Of a DNA stretch of 64,000 nucleotides, positions 11,401 to 22,185 are shown in pieces. The first letter of the stretch is position 1, and each line of letters begins with the position of its first letter. Both the position numbers and the translations under genes were made by a program. The stretch comes from Christensenellales bacterium (GTDB lineage: Bacteria > Bacillota > Clostridia > Christensenellales > JBMNTQ01), in the NCBI GenBank assembly GCA_050945835.1, contig JBMNTR010000008.1, forward strand, positions 25,276 to 89,275. The letters are read 5' to 3'. The notes under the pieces were generated by a model. It did no database searches and was not told the origin of the DNA. It saw nothing but the letters and a program-made list of their open reading frames with translations.

Positions 11401-13482
11401 TTATTCGTCGTCCTCTTCCTTCTTGGCCTGTTCGACCACCTTGGACGCAATATTCGCGGGTACTTCTTCATAGCGCACAAATTCCATATCAAACGTTCCG
11501 CGTGCCTGCGTCATGGATCTTAGGTCCGTGGCATATTTGAACATCTCGGCCAGCGGCACTTCCGCTACAACCTGCTGCCCCTTTTCAACGGGGTTCATGC
11601 CCATAATCCTGCCGCGGCGGCGGTTCATGTCGCCAATGATATCCCCCATGTACTCGTCCGGAGTGTTGATAGCCACACTGTAGATTGGCTCCAGCAAAAT
11701 CGGATTTGCCTCTGCACAGCCTTTCCTGTATGCCAGTCTTGCCGCGGAGATAAACGCGATTTCTTTGCTGTCTACGGGATGGTATTTGCCGTCATACAAT
11801 GTACAGCGGATGTTCACCATCGGATATCCTGCCAGCACACCCTTTTTCATGCTTTCCCGCAATCCTTTTTCCACTGCGGGGATATACTGCCTGGGTACCA
11901 CACCGCCCACGATGTTGTCCACAAACTCAAACTCGGAGGAACCATCCAAAATGGGATCAAACTGTATGAACACATGCCCAAATTGGCCGGCGCCGCCGGT
12001 TTGTTTCTTATGCTTTCCTTCCGCCTTGACAGACTTCTTGATCGTTTCACGGTAAGGGATTTTCGGATCGTCCAGCTGGGCGCTTACATCAAATTTGTTC
12101 TCCAGTTTTTTGCAGGAAACTTCAATATGCTGTTCCCCCATACCTTTGAGCAGTATTTCGCCTGTTTCGGTGCTCTTTTCCACGATGAGTGTCGGATCCT
12201 CTTCCGCCAGCCTGTAAAGACCTGCGAACACCTTATCCTCTTCACCGGATTTTTTGGCGCTCACCGCAAGAGAAATGCAGGGCTTTGGAAAGTCGATGGG
12301 ATCAAACAGCAGCTGGTTCGCCGCATCGCACAGCGAATCGCCGGTAGATGTATGCTGCAGCTTCGACAACGCCCCGATATCGCCCGCATGGATTGCCTGA
12401 ACCGGCATCTGCTTTTTGCCCGAGATCGTATACAGGGTGTTGGCTTTTTCAGACTTGCCCGCGTTCACATTGACCAAGTTTATGTCTGTCGTTAAAACAC
12501 CGGACATCACCTTGAATATAGACAGCTTGCCCACAAACGGGTCGGCGATGGTCTTGATCACCTGTGCTGCAAAGGGTTTGTCGTCTTCATAACGAAGCGT
12601 GACGGTTTCATCGTTTTTCGTATTTTTTGCATCCACAGCGGCAGCATCTAAAGGCGAAGGCATCAGATCGACCACTAGATCCATCACTTCACGCACACCC
12701 AGATTCGGCGCAGCCGCACTGCAGGCGATGGGCGCCACAGAGCCATCCAGCACGCCTTTGCGCAACCCGAACAGTATTTCGTCCTTGGTCAGTTCTTCGC
12801 CGGAAAAGAATTTTTCAAGCAGCTCATCGTCATTTTCAGCGGCGGATTCGATCAAGGTTTCGCGCAAGCTCTGCGCGCTGTCCTCCAAATCGCCGGGCAT
12901 GTCCATGTTTTTCAGGCCCTTGCCGTCGAACGCCTTTGCCTGCATTTCCACCAAATCTACAAAGCCGACAAACTGATGATCCTGTACGACAGGCAATTGA
13001 ATGGGTGCGACCCTTGTTCCGAATTTATCCTTTAGCTGCTCAACGACTTTTATGTAATCCGCGTTTTCATGATCCATGTGATTGATCAAAATCATACGGG
13101 GAAGGTTCTGGTCGCCGCACATGTCCCACGCCTTTTCAGCCCCTACGCTCAGCCCCGACGCAGCATCTACAAGAATCAAAGCTGAATCGGCAAATGCAAT
13201 CGCCTCCACCATTTCACCAACAAAATCAAAGTAACCCGGTGCATCGATTATGTTCAGTTTATGCGCTCTGTATTCGGCGGGCGCGATCGCCATGCTGATG
13301 GAAATCTGCCGCTTTATCTCTTCAGGATCGTAGTCGGTGGTGGTCGTACCGTCCTCTACACGGCCCATACGGTCTGTCGCTCCTGCATTGAAGAGCATCG
13401 CTTCCGTGAGTGTTGTCTTTCCGTCGCCACCATGTCCTACGATAGCGATATTTCTGATCTGTTTACCCTGGTATACTTTCAT
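11401..13482 (-). CDS. elongation factor G paralog (EF-G2-like translational GTPase)
   Basis: IRNIAIVGHGGDGKTTLTEAM (G1), DAPGYFDF (G3) and NHMD (G4). All EF-G domains are present through the C-terminus. The start at MKVYQGK gives 693 aa. Confidence 0.8.
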   Translation of the reverse strand: MKVYQGKQIRNIAIVGHGGDGKTTLTEAMLFNAGATDRMGRVEDGTTTTDYDPEEIKRQISISMAIAPAEYRAHKLNIIDAPGYFDFVGEMVEAIAFADSALILVDAASGLSVGAEKAWDMCGDQNLPRMILINHMDHENADYIKVVEQLKDKFGTRVAPIQLPVVQDHQFVGFVDLVEMQAKAFDGKGLKNMDMPGDLEDSAQSLRETLIESAAENDDELLEKFFSGEELTKDEILFGLRKGVLDGSVAPIACSAAAPNLGVREVMDLVVDLMPSPLDAAAVDAKNTKNDETVTLRYEDDKPFAAQVIKTIADPFVGKLSIFKVMSGVLTTDINLVNVNAGKSEKANTLYTISGKKQMPVQAIHAGDIGALSKLQHTSTGDSLCDAANQLLFDPIDFPKPCISLAVSAKKSGEEDKVFAGLYRLAEEDPTLIVEKSTETGEILLKGMGEQHIEVSCKKLENKFDVSAQLDDPKIPYRETIKKSVKAEGKHKKQTGGAGQFGHVFIQFDPILDGSSEFEFVDNIVGGVVPRQYIPAVEKGLRESMKKGVLAGYPMVNIRCTLYDGKYHPVDSKEIAFISAARLAYRKGCAEANPILLEPIYSVAINTPDEYMGDIIGDMNRRRGRIMGMNPVEKGQQVVAEVPLAEMFKYATDLRSMTQARGTFDMEFVRYEEVPANIASKVVEQAKKEEDDE

Positions 13483-13607
13483 TGTGCGCGTTTCTCCCTT
13501 CAGGTTCAATGTGATATGCTTTCGCCGTTGCAAACCAGCGGTTTGTTTAAAGAACGTTAAAATGCCGCAGAAATGGTGGTTCTGATCCTTCTCATACGAC
13601 ATATGAT

Positions 13608-13657
13608 ATTTTATCAGAAATTTATATATGTTGCAAACACTATTTTTGTGGTAGAAT
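13608..13657. promoter_or_regulatory. divergent promoters sharing one palindromic -35 hexamer
   Basis: TTGCAA (13631-13636) is its own reverse complement. The minus strand reads TTGCAA-N17-TAAAAT toward the EF-G paralog. The plus strand reads TTGCAA-N15-TAGAAT toward the CNNM gene. Confidence 0.35.
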
Positions 13658-13739
13658 GATGACACTAGGCAGTCAAAATGGCCCATCAAAAGCCTTTGGC
13701 TTGCGACAATGAGTTGAATATCTAAAAGGAGTGGTTTTT

Positions 13740-15071
13740 TTGTCGTCGGACATAGTTCCCTTACATATCATCTTACAGATCGGTTTTATTTTTATCAATG
13801 CTTTTTTTACCGCTTGTGTCGTGGCTTTGCGTTTTAGCAGCGCAAGTAAATTGATCTCTTCCGCCGAAGACGGCGACCGCAAGGCTGCGCGTGTGCTTCC
13901 GTTTTTTGAATATCCGCATCGGATCAAAAACGCCTTGTATCTGGCTTTCCTTTTTTGCGCACTGCTCGCCGCCGTTTTTTGCACGCTCTACCTTGCGCCT
14001 GCGCTGGATCAATGGCTGTTTGGTGGTGTGCTGGGCAGCTGGGCCATCGTGTTGTTGATACTGCTCTTATCGTTGTGCCATCTGACTTTCAGCATCATAC
14101 TGCCGACGCGTGTCGTAACCAGGCACCCGGAAGACACGCTGATGCGGCTTTATCGCCTGATGAATCTTTTCAGCTGGATCACACGCCCTTTCTCCGCTCT
14201 TGGTTACGGGTGCGTCAGCGGTATCATGCGGCTGTTCAGGATTCAGCCCGATCCAACGCGGGAAGACGTTACGGAAGAAGAGATCCGCTTTATGGCGAAT
14301 CTGGGTGAGGAAAACGGCAGCATCGAAACGGAAGAACGCCATATGATCGATAATATTTTTGAATTCAGCAACAAGACCGCATCGGATGTGATGACCCACC
14401 GAACGGACGTCTTCTCCATTGCGGTGGATGCGTCTGTGCAGGAAGTCCAGGATATGATCATCCAAAGCGGGCATTCACGGTTTCCGGTGTATGGCAGGAG
14501 CATCGACGATATATTGGGCATTCTGTATTTAAGAGATTATTTTGTCAATCAGCATAGCACGGCGCCTGTGTCCATCGAAGAACTTCTGCGGCCCGCTTAC
14601 TTCGTTCCCGAGAGCGTATCCGCAGACGCGCTGTTTTCGGATCTCCGGCAAAAGAAAGTACATATCGCCATTGTGGTGGATGAATATGGCGGTACAAACG
14701 GCATCGTCACCATGGAAGACCTGATCGAAGAGATCGTGGGAAATATCTATGACGAATACGACCCGGCGGAGGAACCCATCGAACAGCAAAGCGACAATTG
14801 CTGGCGCATACACCAAACCGCCCCGCTGCACGAGGTGAGCGATGCGCTGGGTGTTGATCTGCCTGAAGATGGTTATGAATCTTTTGGATCATTGGTTTTC
14901 AGCAGCCTGGACAGCACACCTACCGACGGCACACGGCCCGTGTTTGAACTTTTCGGCCTGCATATTGAGGCCGAGTGCGTTGAAGACCGGCACATCGAAT
15001 GGATGCTCGTTTCCAAGCTCCAATCGGATGAAACAACAAGCGGAATCCAGCCCGAAATGATCGTGCTGTGA
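13740..15071 (+). CDS. hemolysin-family protein (CNNM/DUF21 TM domain + CBS pair + CorC_HlyC)
   Basis: Four N-terminal TM helices, a CBS pair region ([11 protein letters not shown]...GHSRFPVY...[28 protein letters not shown]) and a C-terminal CorC domain. A TTG start at 13740 is preferred (AAAGGAG RBS 8 nt upstream); GTG 13731 is the alternative. Confidence 0.8.
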   Translation: MSSDIVPLHIILQIGFIFINAFFTACVVALRFSSASKLISSAEDGDRKAARVLPFFEYPHRIKNALYLAFLFCALLAAVFCTLYLAPALDQWLFGGVLGSWAIVLLILLLSLCHLTFSIILPTRVVTRHPEDTLMRLYRLMNLFSWITRPFSALGYGCVSGIMRLFRIQPDPTREDVTEEEIRFMANLGEENGSIETEERHMIDNIFEFSNKTASDVMTHRTDVFSIAVDASVQEVQDMIIQSGHSRFPVYGRSIDDILGILYLRDYFVNQHSTAPVSIEELLRPAYFVPESVSADALFSDLRQKKVHIAIVVDEYGGTNGIVTMEDLIEEIVGNIYDEYDPAEEPIEQQSDNCWRIHQTAPLHEVSDALGVDLPEDGYESFGSLVFSSLDSTPTDGTRPVFELFGLHIEAECVEDRHIEWMLVSKLQSDETTSGIQPEMIVL

Positions 15072-15121
15072 GCATGATTTCTACATAATCTTACAATATT
15101 CTGCTTTTTAAAATTTGGACG

Positions 15122-15150
15122 TTGACGCGCCCTGTTTTTTGTGCTTAAAT
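15122..15150 (+). promoter_or_regulatory. promoter of the puuR-like/pot operon
   Basis: TTGACG-N17-TTAAAT with TG at -15/-14. Confidence 0.5.
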
Positions 15151-15159
15151 ATATGTGTT

Positions 15160-15178
15160 TGTTTAGTCTATCTAAACA
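15160..15178. promoter_or_regulatory. candidate operator palindrome
   Basis: TGTTTAG-N5-CTAAACA lies immediately downstream of the -10 element. A third GTTTAG half-site lies about 50 nt further on. Confidence 0.35.
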
Positions 15179-15284
15179 TCAAGTTTAATATGATTGTGCT
15201 TACAGTAATATTAAATTAAAGGTTTAGTAGTTCTGATCTCAACGAATACAATATTTGCGCACACGCAAGAAGGTGGCTTTCGAT

Positions 15285-15824
15285 ATGGGTATCGGGGAAA
15301 AGATCAAGCAACTGCGCCTAAAGCGCGGATTGACCCAAGAAGAGCTGGCCAACAGAGCCGAGTTGTCAAAGGGGTTTATTTCACAGGTGGAGCGTGATTT
15401 AACGTCGCCCTCTATCGCCACGCTGATGGATATACTGGAATGCCTGGGCACCAATGTAAAGGATTTTTTCAGTGAATCGGTGGATGAAAAGATCGTCTAC
15501 ACGCCTGCCGACATCTTCGTGAAGGAAGATGGTGAGCTGGGCAGCCGGATTGAATGGCTGGTCACCAGCGCACAGAAAAATCAATTGGAACCCATTCTGC
15601 TCACATTACAGCCCGGCGGATACAGCTATCTGGACGACCCGCACGAAGGTGAGGAGTTCGGTTATGTCTTATCGGGCAGCGTGCATTTGCTGCTGGGTGA
15701 TCAGCATTATATCGTGCGCAAAGGCGACAGCTTCTATATACGGCCGTCTCTGCCGCACCAGTTGCGCAATATGAGTAAATCCAAGGCAAGGGTTTTATGG
15801 GTCTCAACACCGCCGAGTTTTTAA
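15285..15824 (+). CDS. XRE-family HTH regulator with C-terminal cupin domain (PuuR-like)
   Basis: IKQLRLKRGLTQEELANRAELSKGFISQVERD (HTH_3 domain) and a cupin domain (GEEFGYVLSGSVHLLLGDQHYIVRKGDSFYIRPSLPH). Confidence 0.8.
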   Translation: MGIGEKIKQLRLKRGLTQEELANRAELSKGFISQVERDLTSPSIATLMDILECLGTNVKDFFSESVDEKIVYTPADIFVKEDGELGSRIEWLVTSAQKNQLEPILLTLQPGGYSYLDDPHEGEEFGYVLSGSVHLLLGDQHYIVRKGDSFYIRPSLPHQLRNMSKSKARVLWVSTPPSF

Positions 15825-15842
15825 GTTTTGGGAGAAAGACAT

Positions 15843-16889
15843 ATGGAAGAACGTTTAATCGATTTGCTTGATATCTCAAAAGAGTTCAACGGCAAGGAAG
15901 CACTCAAAGGGATCAATCTATTCATCCGGCCAAAAGAGTTTGTAACGCTGCTTGGCCCGTCAGGCTGCGGTAAAACCACTACGCTGCGCATTATCGGCGG
16001 CTTTGAAGTGCCCAATGAAGGCCGTGTTTTGTTTGAGGGGAAGGATATTACCAACCTTCCGCCCTACAAGCGCCCTGTCAACACCATATTTCAAAGATAT
16101 GCCTTGTTTCCCCATCTGGACGTGTATAACAACATCGCCTTTGGCCCCAAGCTCAAGCAGATGAGCAAAGGCGAAATCACCAAGCGGGTCTCTTGGCTGT
16201 TGGATCTTGTCAATCTTGAAGGCTATGAGAAGCGGGATGTGGAGTCCCTGTCCGGCGGCGAACAGCAGCGGGTGGCGATTGCGCGCGCGCTCATCAACGA
16301 ACCTAAGGTTCTTTTACTGGACGAACCGCTGGCCGCTTTGGATCTCAAGCTGCGAAAAGGTATGCAGCTTGAGCTGAAGAATATTCAAAAGCGCCTAGGC
16401 ATCACCTTTGTTTTCGTCACACATGATCAGGAAGAAGCGCTCACCATGTCCGACATCATCGTGGTCATGCGCGGCGGACGCATACAGCAAATCGGCACGC
16501 CCATCGATATCTACAACGAGCCTAAAAACGCTTTTGTAGCCGATTTTATAGGCGAAAGCAACATACTCCCCGGCATTATGCTGCATGATTATCTCGTGTC
16601 CTTTGCGGGAAGCACCTTCCCCTGTGTGGATGCCGGCTTCCCTGAGAACAGCCTGGTCGAGGTCGTCGTTCGTCCTGAGGATATCAAGGTCGTATCCTCA
16701 GAAGCCGGTATGCTGCGCGGCACGGTAACCTCCGTGCTGTTTATGGGTGTGCATTATGAGATCGCCATTCAGCAGGGCGAGCGTTCCTGGCTGGTGCATT
16801 CTACGGCAAAAGCAGAACCCGGCACCGTAGTCGGGCTGGACATTTATCCCGATGATATCCACATCATGCGAAAGGACAGCATGGAATGA
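15843..16889 (+). CDS. potA: spermidine/putrescine ABC transporter ATP-binding protein
   Basis: Walker [10 protein letters not shown], signature LSGGEQQR, Walker B LLLDEP and a PotA-type C-terminal regulatory domain. It overlaps potB through an ATGA junction. Confidence 0.85.
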   Translation: MEERLIDLLDISKEFNGKEALKGINLFIRPKEFVTLLGPSGCGKTTTLRIIGGFEVPNEGRVLFEGKDITNLPPYKRPVNTIFQRYALFPHLDVYNNIAFGPKLKQMSKGEITKRVSWLLDLVNLEGYEKRDVESLSGGEQQRVAIARALINEPKVLLLDEPLAALDLKLRKGMQLELKNIQKRLGITFVFVTHDQEEALTMSDIIVVMRGGRIQQIGTPIDIYNEPKNAFVADFIGESNILPGIMLHDYLVSFAGSTFPCVDAGFPENSLVEVVVRPEDIKVVSSEAGMLRGTVTSVLFMGVHYEIAIQQGERSWLVHSTAKAEPGTVVGLDIYPDDIHIMRKDSME

Positions 16890-17707
16890 AAAAGCGGTTT
16901 TTTGCGTATCCATATGTGTTCTGGATGGTTCTTTTCATATTGCTTCCGTTGTTTTTGGTGATCTATTACGCGTTCACCTCAGACAGCAGCGGCGGCATAC
17001 AGTTTTCGCTTGAGCATATCCTCGAAGCGTTTGATCCCATCTATATGAATGTGCTGCTGCGTTCCATCTGGATCGCACTCATCTGCACGGTGATCTGTCT
17101 GGTGCTTGGGTATCCTGTCGCTCTTTTTTTGGCCACCAACGGCAAACGGGCGCAAAAGCTGATCATCTGGTTCATGCTGCCCATGTGGATCAATTTTCTG
17201 CTGCGCACATATGCCTGGATGGCGTTGCTAGACGCCAACGGTCTCATCAACCAGTTTCTGAACATGCTTGGTTTCGGCAACGTTGAGCTTCTTTATAATT
17301 CGGGTGCGATACTCATGGGGCTTGTCTATAACTTCTTGCCCTTCATGATATTGCCCATCTATACAGCGCTTTCCAAGATTCCGCATTCTTTGATTGAAGC
17401 CTCTCAGGACCTGGGCGCAAACACTAGGCGTACTTTTTTGAAAGTGATCTTTCCGCTTTCGCTGCCCGGCGTGATCTCGGGCGTCAATATGGTGTTTATG
17501 CCCGCCATCACAACCTTTGCAATCTCACGGCTGTTGGGCGGATCGCAGTTTATGATGTTTGGCGATCTGGTGGAGAACCAGTTTCTAACCATGCAGGACT
17601 GGCATTTAGGGTCGTCTTTGTCCTTCATCATGATGCTCTTGATACTGGCCAGCATGCTGCTGTTTGCAAAATACGATAAAGGTGAGGACGGAGGTGCGCT
17701 GTTATGA
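16886..17707 (+). CDS. potB: spermidine/putrescine ABC transporter permease
   Basis: Six-TM permease with the EAA-loop region [26 protein letters not shown]. Confidence 0.8.
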   Translation: MKKRFFAYPYVFWMVLFILLPLFLVIYYAFTSDSSGGIQFSLEHILEAFDPIYMNVLLRSIWIALICTVICLVLGYPVALFLATNGKRAQKLIIWFMLPMWINFLLRTYAWMALLDANGLINQFLNMLGFGNVELLYNSGAILMGLVYNFLPFMILPIYTALSKIPHSLIEASQDLGANTRRTFLKVIFPLSLPGVISGVNMVFMPAITTFAISRLLGGSQFMMFGDLVENQFLTMQDWHLGSSLSFIMMLLILASMLLFAKYDKGEDGGALL

Positions 17708-18531
17708 AGCTGTCTAAGGTTTTGACCCGCATTTATGTGGCACTCGTGCTCCTTTTTCTCTATGCGCCCATTCTGCTGCTCATCATCTTCTCTTTCAACG
17801 AAGGGCGGACGATGTCGAACTGGACAGGGTTTTCCTTCCAATGGTATGCGCAGCTTTTCAACGATTCCTCCTTGATGAACGCCCTTTGGATCACTTTGTC
17901 CATCGCGGTCATCTCGGCCGTAATCGCGACCATATTGGGTACTATGGCGGCCATCGGCATACACAGCATGAAACGCGGGCGCAGAACGGCCATGCTCAAC
18001 ATCTCCTATCTGCCCATGCTGAACCCGGACATCGTAACGGGTATTTCCATGATGCTGCTCTTCGTGTTCTTCTCGGTGCAGCGCGGATATGCGACACTCT
18101 TGATCGCGCATATCACCTTCAACATACCGTATGTGATCTTCTCTGTCATGCCTCGGCTCAAGCAGATGAAGCCCCAGATGTATGAAGCCGCACTCGATTT
18201 AGGTGCAACGCCTTCCTATGCGCTTTGGAAGGTGATCATCCCGGATATCCGGCCGGGCATTACAACAGGTGCTATACTCGCGTTTACCTTGTCTCTGGAT
18301 GATTTTGTGATCAGTATGTTCACAGCGGGCAGCGCACAAAATCTGGCCATCAAGATTTACGCCATGGCGCGCAGGGGTATTAATCCAAAGATCAATGCGC
18401 TCTCCGCCATATTGTTTGTCAGCGTGGCGCTTTTGCTCGTCATTTTAAACCGCCGCTCAGCCAGCCAGCAAAAGGAGCTGAAAAAACGCGAACGCGCACT
18501 CAAAAAAGATCACACGCAAAGCAGTGCTTAA
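17704..18531 (+). CDS. potC: spermidine/putrescine ABC transporter permease
   Basis: EAA loop YEAALDLGATPSYALWKVIIPDIRPG. It overlaps the potB stop. Confidence 0.8.
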   Translation: MKLSKVLTRIYVALVLLFLYAPILLLIIFSFNEGRTMSNWTGFSFQWYAQLFNDSSLMNALWITLSIAVISAVIATILGTMAAIGIHSMKRGRRTAMLNISYLPMLNPDIVTGISMMLLFVFFSVQRGYATLLIAHITFNIPYVIFSVMPRLKQMKPQMYEAALDLGATPSYALWKVIIPDIRPGITTGAILAFTLSLDDFVISMFTAGSAQNLAIKIYAMARRGINPKINALSAILFVSVALLLVILNRRSASQQKELKKRERALKKDHTQSSA

Positions 18532-18614
18532 AAACATGCTCATTTCGCAGGTAAGCTGCGTTTATGATAGATCACCATTACCTTTTGAATGTTTAAGGAG
18601 GCTATCCACAAGAA

Positions 18615-19691
18615 ATGAAAAAACTGGCTACTCTTTCCCTTGTTATGTTGATGCTGCTTTCGCTGCTCTTGGGATGCGGCGGTAATCCAAACGGCGCCGC
18701 TTCTCAAACACAGACCGGCAGCGATGTGAAACAAACGCTCACGGTGTTAAACTGGGGCGATTACATCGACGAAGAATTGCTCGATGTATTCAAATCAGAA
18801 TATCCGAATATCACCATTGACTATCAGGTTGTTCCCAACAATGAGGAAATGCTGGTGCTTTTAGAGCAGGGCGGATACGATGTCGCTTTTCCGTCCGACT
18901 ATATCATCGAGCGTTTGATACAAAAGGATATGCTCGCCCCCATCGACCATGCCAAGATCACCAATTTCGACGGTATCATCGATTTTTGTAAAGATCAGGC
19001 GTTTGACCCGGGCAATGAGTATTCCATCCCCTATATGTGGGGAACGCTGGGCATCCTTTATAATAAGACCATGGTGGATGAACCGGTCGATTCCTGGAAC
19101 ATACTGTGGGACGAAAAATACGAAAAGAAAATCTATATGTATGACTCCATACGGGATTCCATGACCGTCGCTTTAAAAAAGCTGGGATATGATGTGAATA
19201 CACGCGTTGAATCCGAGATTGAAGCGGCCGGTCAGGCGCTGATCGATCAGAAGCCGCTGGTGCTCGCATACTTGGGGGATCCTGTGAAAGATAAGATGAT
19301 CAGTGAAAACGCAGCCCTAGCTGTGGTCTATTCGGGCGATGCCGCTTATTGCATGATGGAGAATGAGAATCTCGATTATATCGTGCCTAAAGAAGGCAGT
19401 AACCTCTGGTTTGACAATATGGTGATCATGAAGGAAAGCCAGAGCGTTGAGGCTGCACACCTGTTTATCGATTTTCTGTGCCGCGATGATGTTGCGCTGC
19501 AAAACACCGAGTATATCGGCTATACCACCCCTGTGCAGAACGCTTACGACAATGTTCCGGAGGAATTGAAGAACAATGCATACATGCCCCGAGAGGAAGA
19601 CATCGAGAATTGTGAGATTTTCCATGATCTAGGGGATACGCTGGAAATTTACAATAAGATTTGGATCAAGGTCAAGTCTGTGGCGGGCTGA
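18615..19691 (+). CDS. potD: spermidine/putrescine-binding lipoprotein
   Basis: Lipobox LLLGC|GG and PotD-type motifs (LTVLNWGDYID, IPYMWGT). Confidence 0.8.
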   Translation: MKKLATLSLVMLMLLSLLLGCGGNPNGAASQTQTGSDVKQTLTVLNWGDYIDEELLDVFKSEYPNITIDYQVVPNNEEMLVLLEQGGYDVAFPSDYIIERLIQKDMLAPIDHAKITNFDGIIDFCKDQAFDPGNEYSIPYMWGTLGILYNKTMVDEPVDSWNILWDEKYEKKIYMYDSIRDSMTVALKKLGYDVNTRVESEIEAAGQALIDQKPLVLAYLGDPVKDKMISENAALAVVYSGDAAYCMMENENLDYIVPKEGSNLWFDNMVIMKESQSVEAAHLFIDFLCRDDVALQNTEYIGYTTPVQNAYDNVPEELKNNAYMPREEDIENCEIFHDLGDTLEIYNKIWIKVKSVAG

Positions 19692-19741
19692 AAACCGCCT
19701 CGGCGGGCAATATCTTTAAAAAATTTTATAACCTCTACCGA

Positions 19742-19775
19742 AAAGCCGAAAGTTTTGCTGCTTTCGGCTTTCGCA
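19742..19775 (+). terminator. terminator of the pot operon
   Basis: AAAGCCGAAAG-loop-CTTTCGGCTTT hairpin followed by a T-containing tail. Confidence 0.55.
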
Positions 19776-19888
19776 TTTAGAATATGCTATGTGTGAAAGC
19801 CGGGCTGCTCTTCATAGAACCGCCCGGCCAATAAATGGATGGATGCGCCTAAAATCGTATAGCATCAGATGATTTGGCTGTCTAACGC

Positions 19889-21094
19889 TTATGCATCCCT
19901 TGCGTTTACCGCGTCGCAAATCCGCCGCATAGCTTCCTGCACAGTTGCACGCGGACAGGCAAGGCTTAAGCGGATAAAACCATCCGCATTCTGCACAAAC
20001 ATCTTGCTTCCTTCCAGCAGCACGCCCGCATTTTGTGCAAAAAACAAAGACAGATCCTCCTCTGGGTCAAAATAGGCCCTCAGATCGATCCAGGCGAGAT
20101 AAGTCGCGTCCGGGATGCGGAAGATCGCTTTGGGCAGGCGTTGGGAAAGCGTTTCCTTCACGAGCGCAAGATTGCTGTCCAGATATACACGCAGGCCTTC
20201 AAGCCAGTCTGTTCCGCTTTCGTAGGCAGCCTGAGCCGCAGCGATGCTCAACGGATTATCGGAATTGTGGTAACACGAAAGCCATTTTTTGCGGAGCGGC
20301 TTGTCGGGTATGATGATATTAGAAAACATCAATCCCGCGATATTAAAGGTCTTACTGGGCGCCATGCAGGTGATCACCCGCGGATACTCCGGAAACAGCT
20401 TCGCCAAGGGTATGTGGCTCTTTCCTGTGCGCAGCAAGTCGCAATGGATTTCGTCCGAAATGATCCAGACACCGCGCTGTATGCACAGCTCGCCCAACTT
20501 TTGCAGTTCTTCCTGTGTCCAAAGACGTCCGGTGGGGTTATGCGGATTGCAGAAGATACAAAGCGTTACCTTCGGATCATCCAGCTTAGCAGCCACATCC
20601 TGCCAATCGATCGTATAGCATCCGTCGTCATACAGCAGGTCGGAATGCAGGCATTCCCTGTGATTCAGGTCGGCAGCCCGCCGAAAAGGCCCGTAGGAGG
20701 GCGTGAAGATCAACACCTTCTCGTCCGGCGCGCAGATATAGTCCACCAGCTCATACAAGGCAGGCACAATACCGTTGGACGTGACCAGCTGCTCCTTTGG
20801 GAAAGTCCAGCCGTAGTGTGTTTGTGTCCAATGAGCAAGCGCTTCAAAATAGGCGGGTTCGTATACGCGCGTATAGCCAAATATCCGTTGGTTCAGACAT
20901 TTCCTGATCCCGTCGATGATCACATCCGGAGTCGCAAACTCCATATCGGCCACCCACATGCGAATCAATTCGTCTTCCGGGCGGCAGAATGAAATCTCCC
21001 TTTCTGGATCGTTGAATATGGCTGTGCGGTATGCTTCCACATTGACCGCATTGGTATGCCTTCTGTCGATGATTTCATCGAAATTATACTGCAT
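19889..21094 (-). CDS. patB: PLP-dependent C-S lyase / aminotransferase class I/II (MalY/PatB family)
   Basis: The N-terminus YNFDEIIDRRHTNAVN and the SKTFNIAG PLP-lysine motif are typical of PatB/MalY cystathionine beta-lyases. Confidence 0.8.
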   Translation of the reverse strand: MQYNFDEIIDRRHTNAVNVEAYRTAIFNDPEREISFCRPEDELIRMWVADMEFATPDVIIDGIRKCLNQRIFGYTRVYEPAYFEALAHWTQTHYGWTFPKEQLVTSNGIVPALYELVDYICAPDEKVLIFTPSYGPFRRAADLNHRECLHSDLLYDDGCYTIDWQDVAAKLDDPKVTLCIFCNPHNPTGRLWTQEELQKLGELCIQRGVWIISDEIHCDLLRTGKSHIPLAKLFPEYPRVITCMAPSKTFNIAGLMFSNIIIPDKPLRKKWLSCYHNSDNPLSIAAAQAAYESGTDWLEGLRVYLDSNLALVKETLSQRLPKAIFRIPDATYLAWIDLRAYFDPEEDLSLFFAQNAGVLLEGSKMFVQNADGFIRLSLACPRATVQEAMRRICDAVNARDA

Positions 21095-21306
21095 CAGAAT
21101 ACCCCCTTCTAGCCTTTCTAAAAGCATAACAGTTCAACATTCGCTGCACAAGAAAGAGTATTGCTGCAAAATCTTGCTCATATCCGGTGCTATGCCTGTA
21201 TGCTTCACTTTTTTGTGGTGTGGATGTGTATAAAAAACGACCAAAGGAATATCTTGTCCCTTTGGTCGTTTTATGGCTTGATTTGCAGCACGAAGGAGAG
21301 ATGCTG

Positions 21307-22137
21307 TTATGCGTGGGAGATAAAAGTTCCCGCTTTCAACTCGGCAAACGCCTGCTGCAGCTCCTCTTGCGTATTCATCACGATGGGACCGCCCCACGCG
21401 ACGCTCTCGCGAAGCGGCCGGGCTGAATGGAAGAGAAATCTGAGTTTTTGGCCCTGCGGCGCAGCTATGCTCAAATAATCGCCTTTTGTGAACAACACCG
21501 CTGTTTTTTCAGGCACACGTTGTTGTTCGATGAGCGCATCTCCCTCTATCAAAAAGATGAATGCCGTTTCATCCGCCTTGGTATCCAGGCGAATAGCTGC
21601 GCCTTCATGCAGCTCAATGTCGTAATAGCTCGCCTGAATGAATGGAGGTGTTACACCTTTCGTTCCCTTATATTCTCCCGCGATGACACGTACGACGGCG
21701 TTTTCCTCTTTTACAACGCCTATCATATGCTGCGTGATATCAAAATAATGCGGTGCTGCCATCTTGTCTTTTGCAGGCAGATTCAGCCAAAGCTGTGTGC
21801 CCAGCATACGCTCCGACGGTTGGGGCATCTCCTGATGCAGTATGCCGTTTCCAGCTGTCATCCACTGGCTCTGGCCTGCCCGGATCACGCCGGCGTTTCC
21901 AAGGCTGTCCTCGTGGTCAATCCTGCCCTCGATCAGATAGGTGATGGTTTCGATTCCTCTGTGAGGGTGTGTGGGGAATCCGGCGATATAGTCACTCGGA
22001 TTTTTAGAATCAAAGGAGTCCAGCATGAGAAAAGGATCGAACGCCTGCACGGTATCTCTTCCTAAAACACGCGTCAGGTGCACGCCTGCTCCGTCTATTG
22101 CCTTTTGTCCCCGTACTTTTTGTAAAACTTTTCGTTC
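21307..22137 (-). CDS. pirin family protein
   Basis: GFPTHPHRGIETITYLIEG...DSLGN...GQSQWMTAGNGILHQE is the pirin N-terminal cupin signature. Confidence 0.85.
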   Translation of the reverse strand, partial: ERKVLQKVRGQKAIDGAGVHLTRVLGRDTVQAFDPFLMLDSFDSKNPSDYIAGFPTHPHRGIETITYLIEGRIDHEDSLGNAGVIRAGQSQWMTAGNGILHQEMPQPSERMLGTQLWLNLPAKDKMAAPHYFDITQHMIGVVKEENAVVRVIAGEYKGTKGVTPPFIQASYYDIELHEGAAIRLDTKADETAFIFLIEGDALIEQQRVPEKTAVLFTKGDYLSIAAPQGQKLRFLFHSARPLRESVAWGGPIVMNTQEELQQAFAELKAGTFISHA

Positions 22138-22185
22138 CATCTGTTGCACCTCCATTTTGGTTGTTGCACGTTTGATTCTTCCAAT

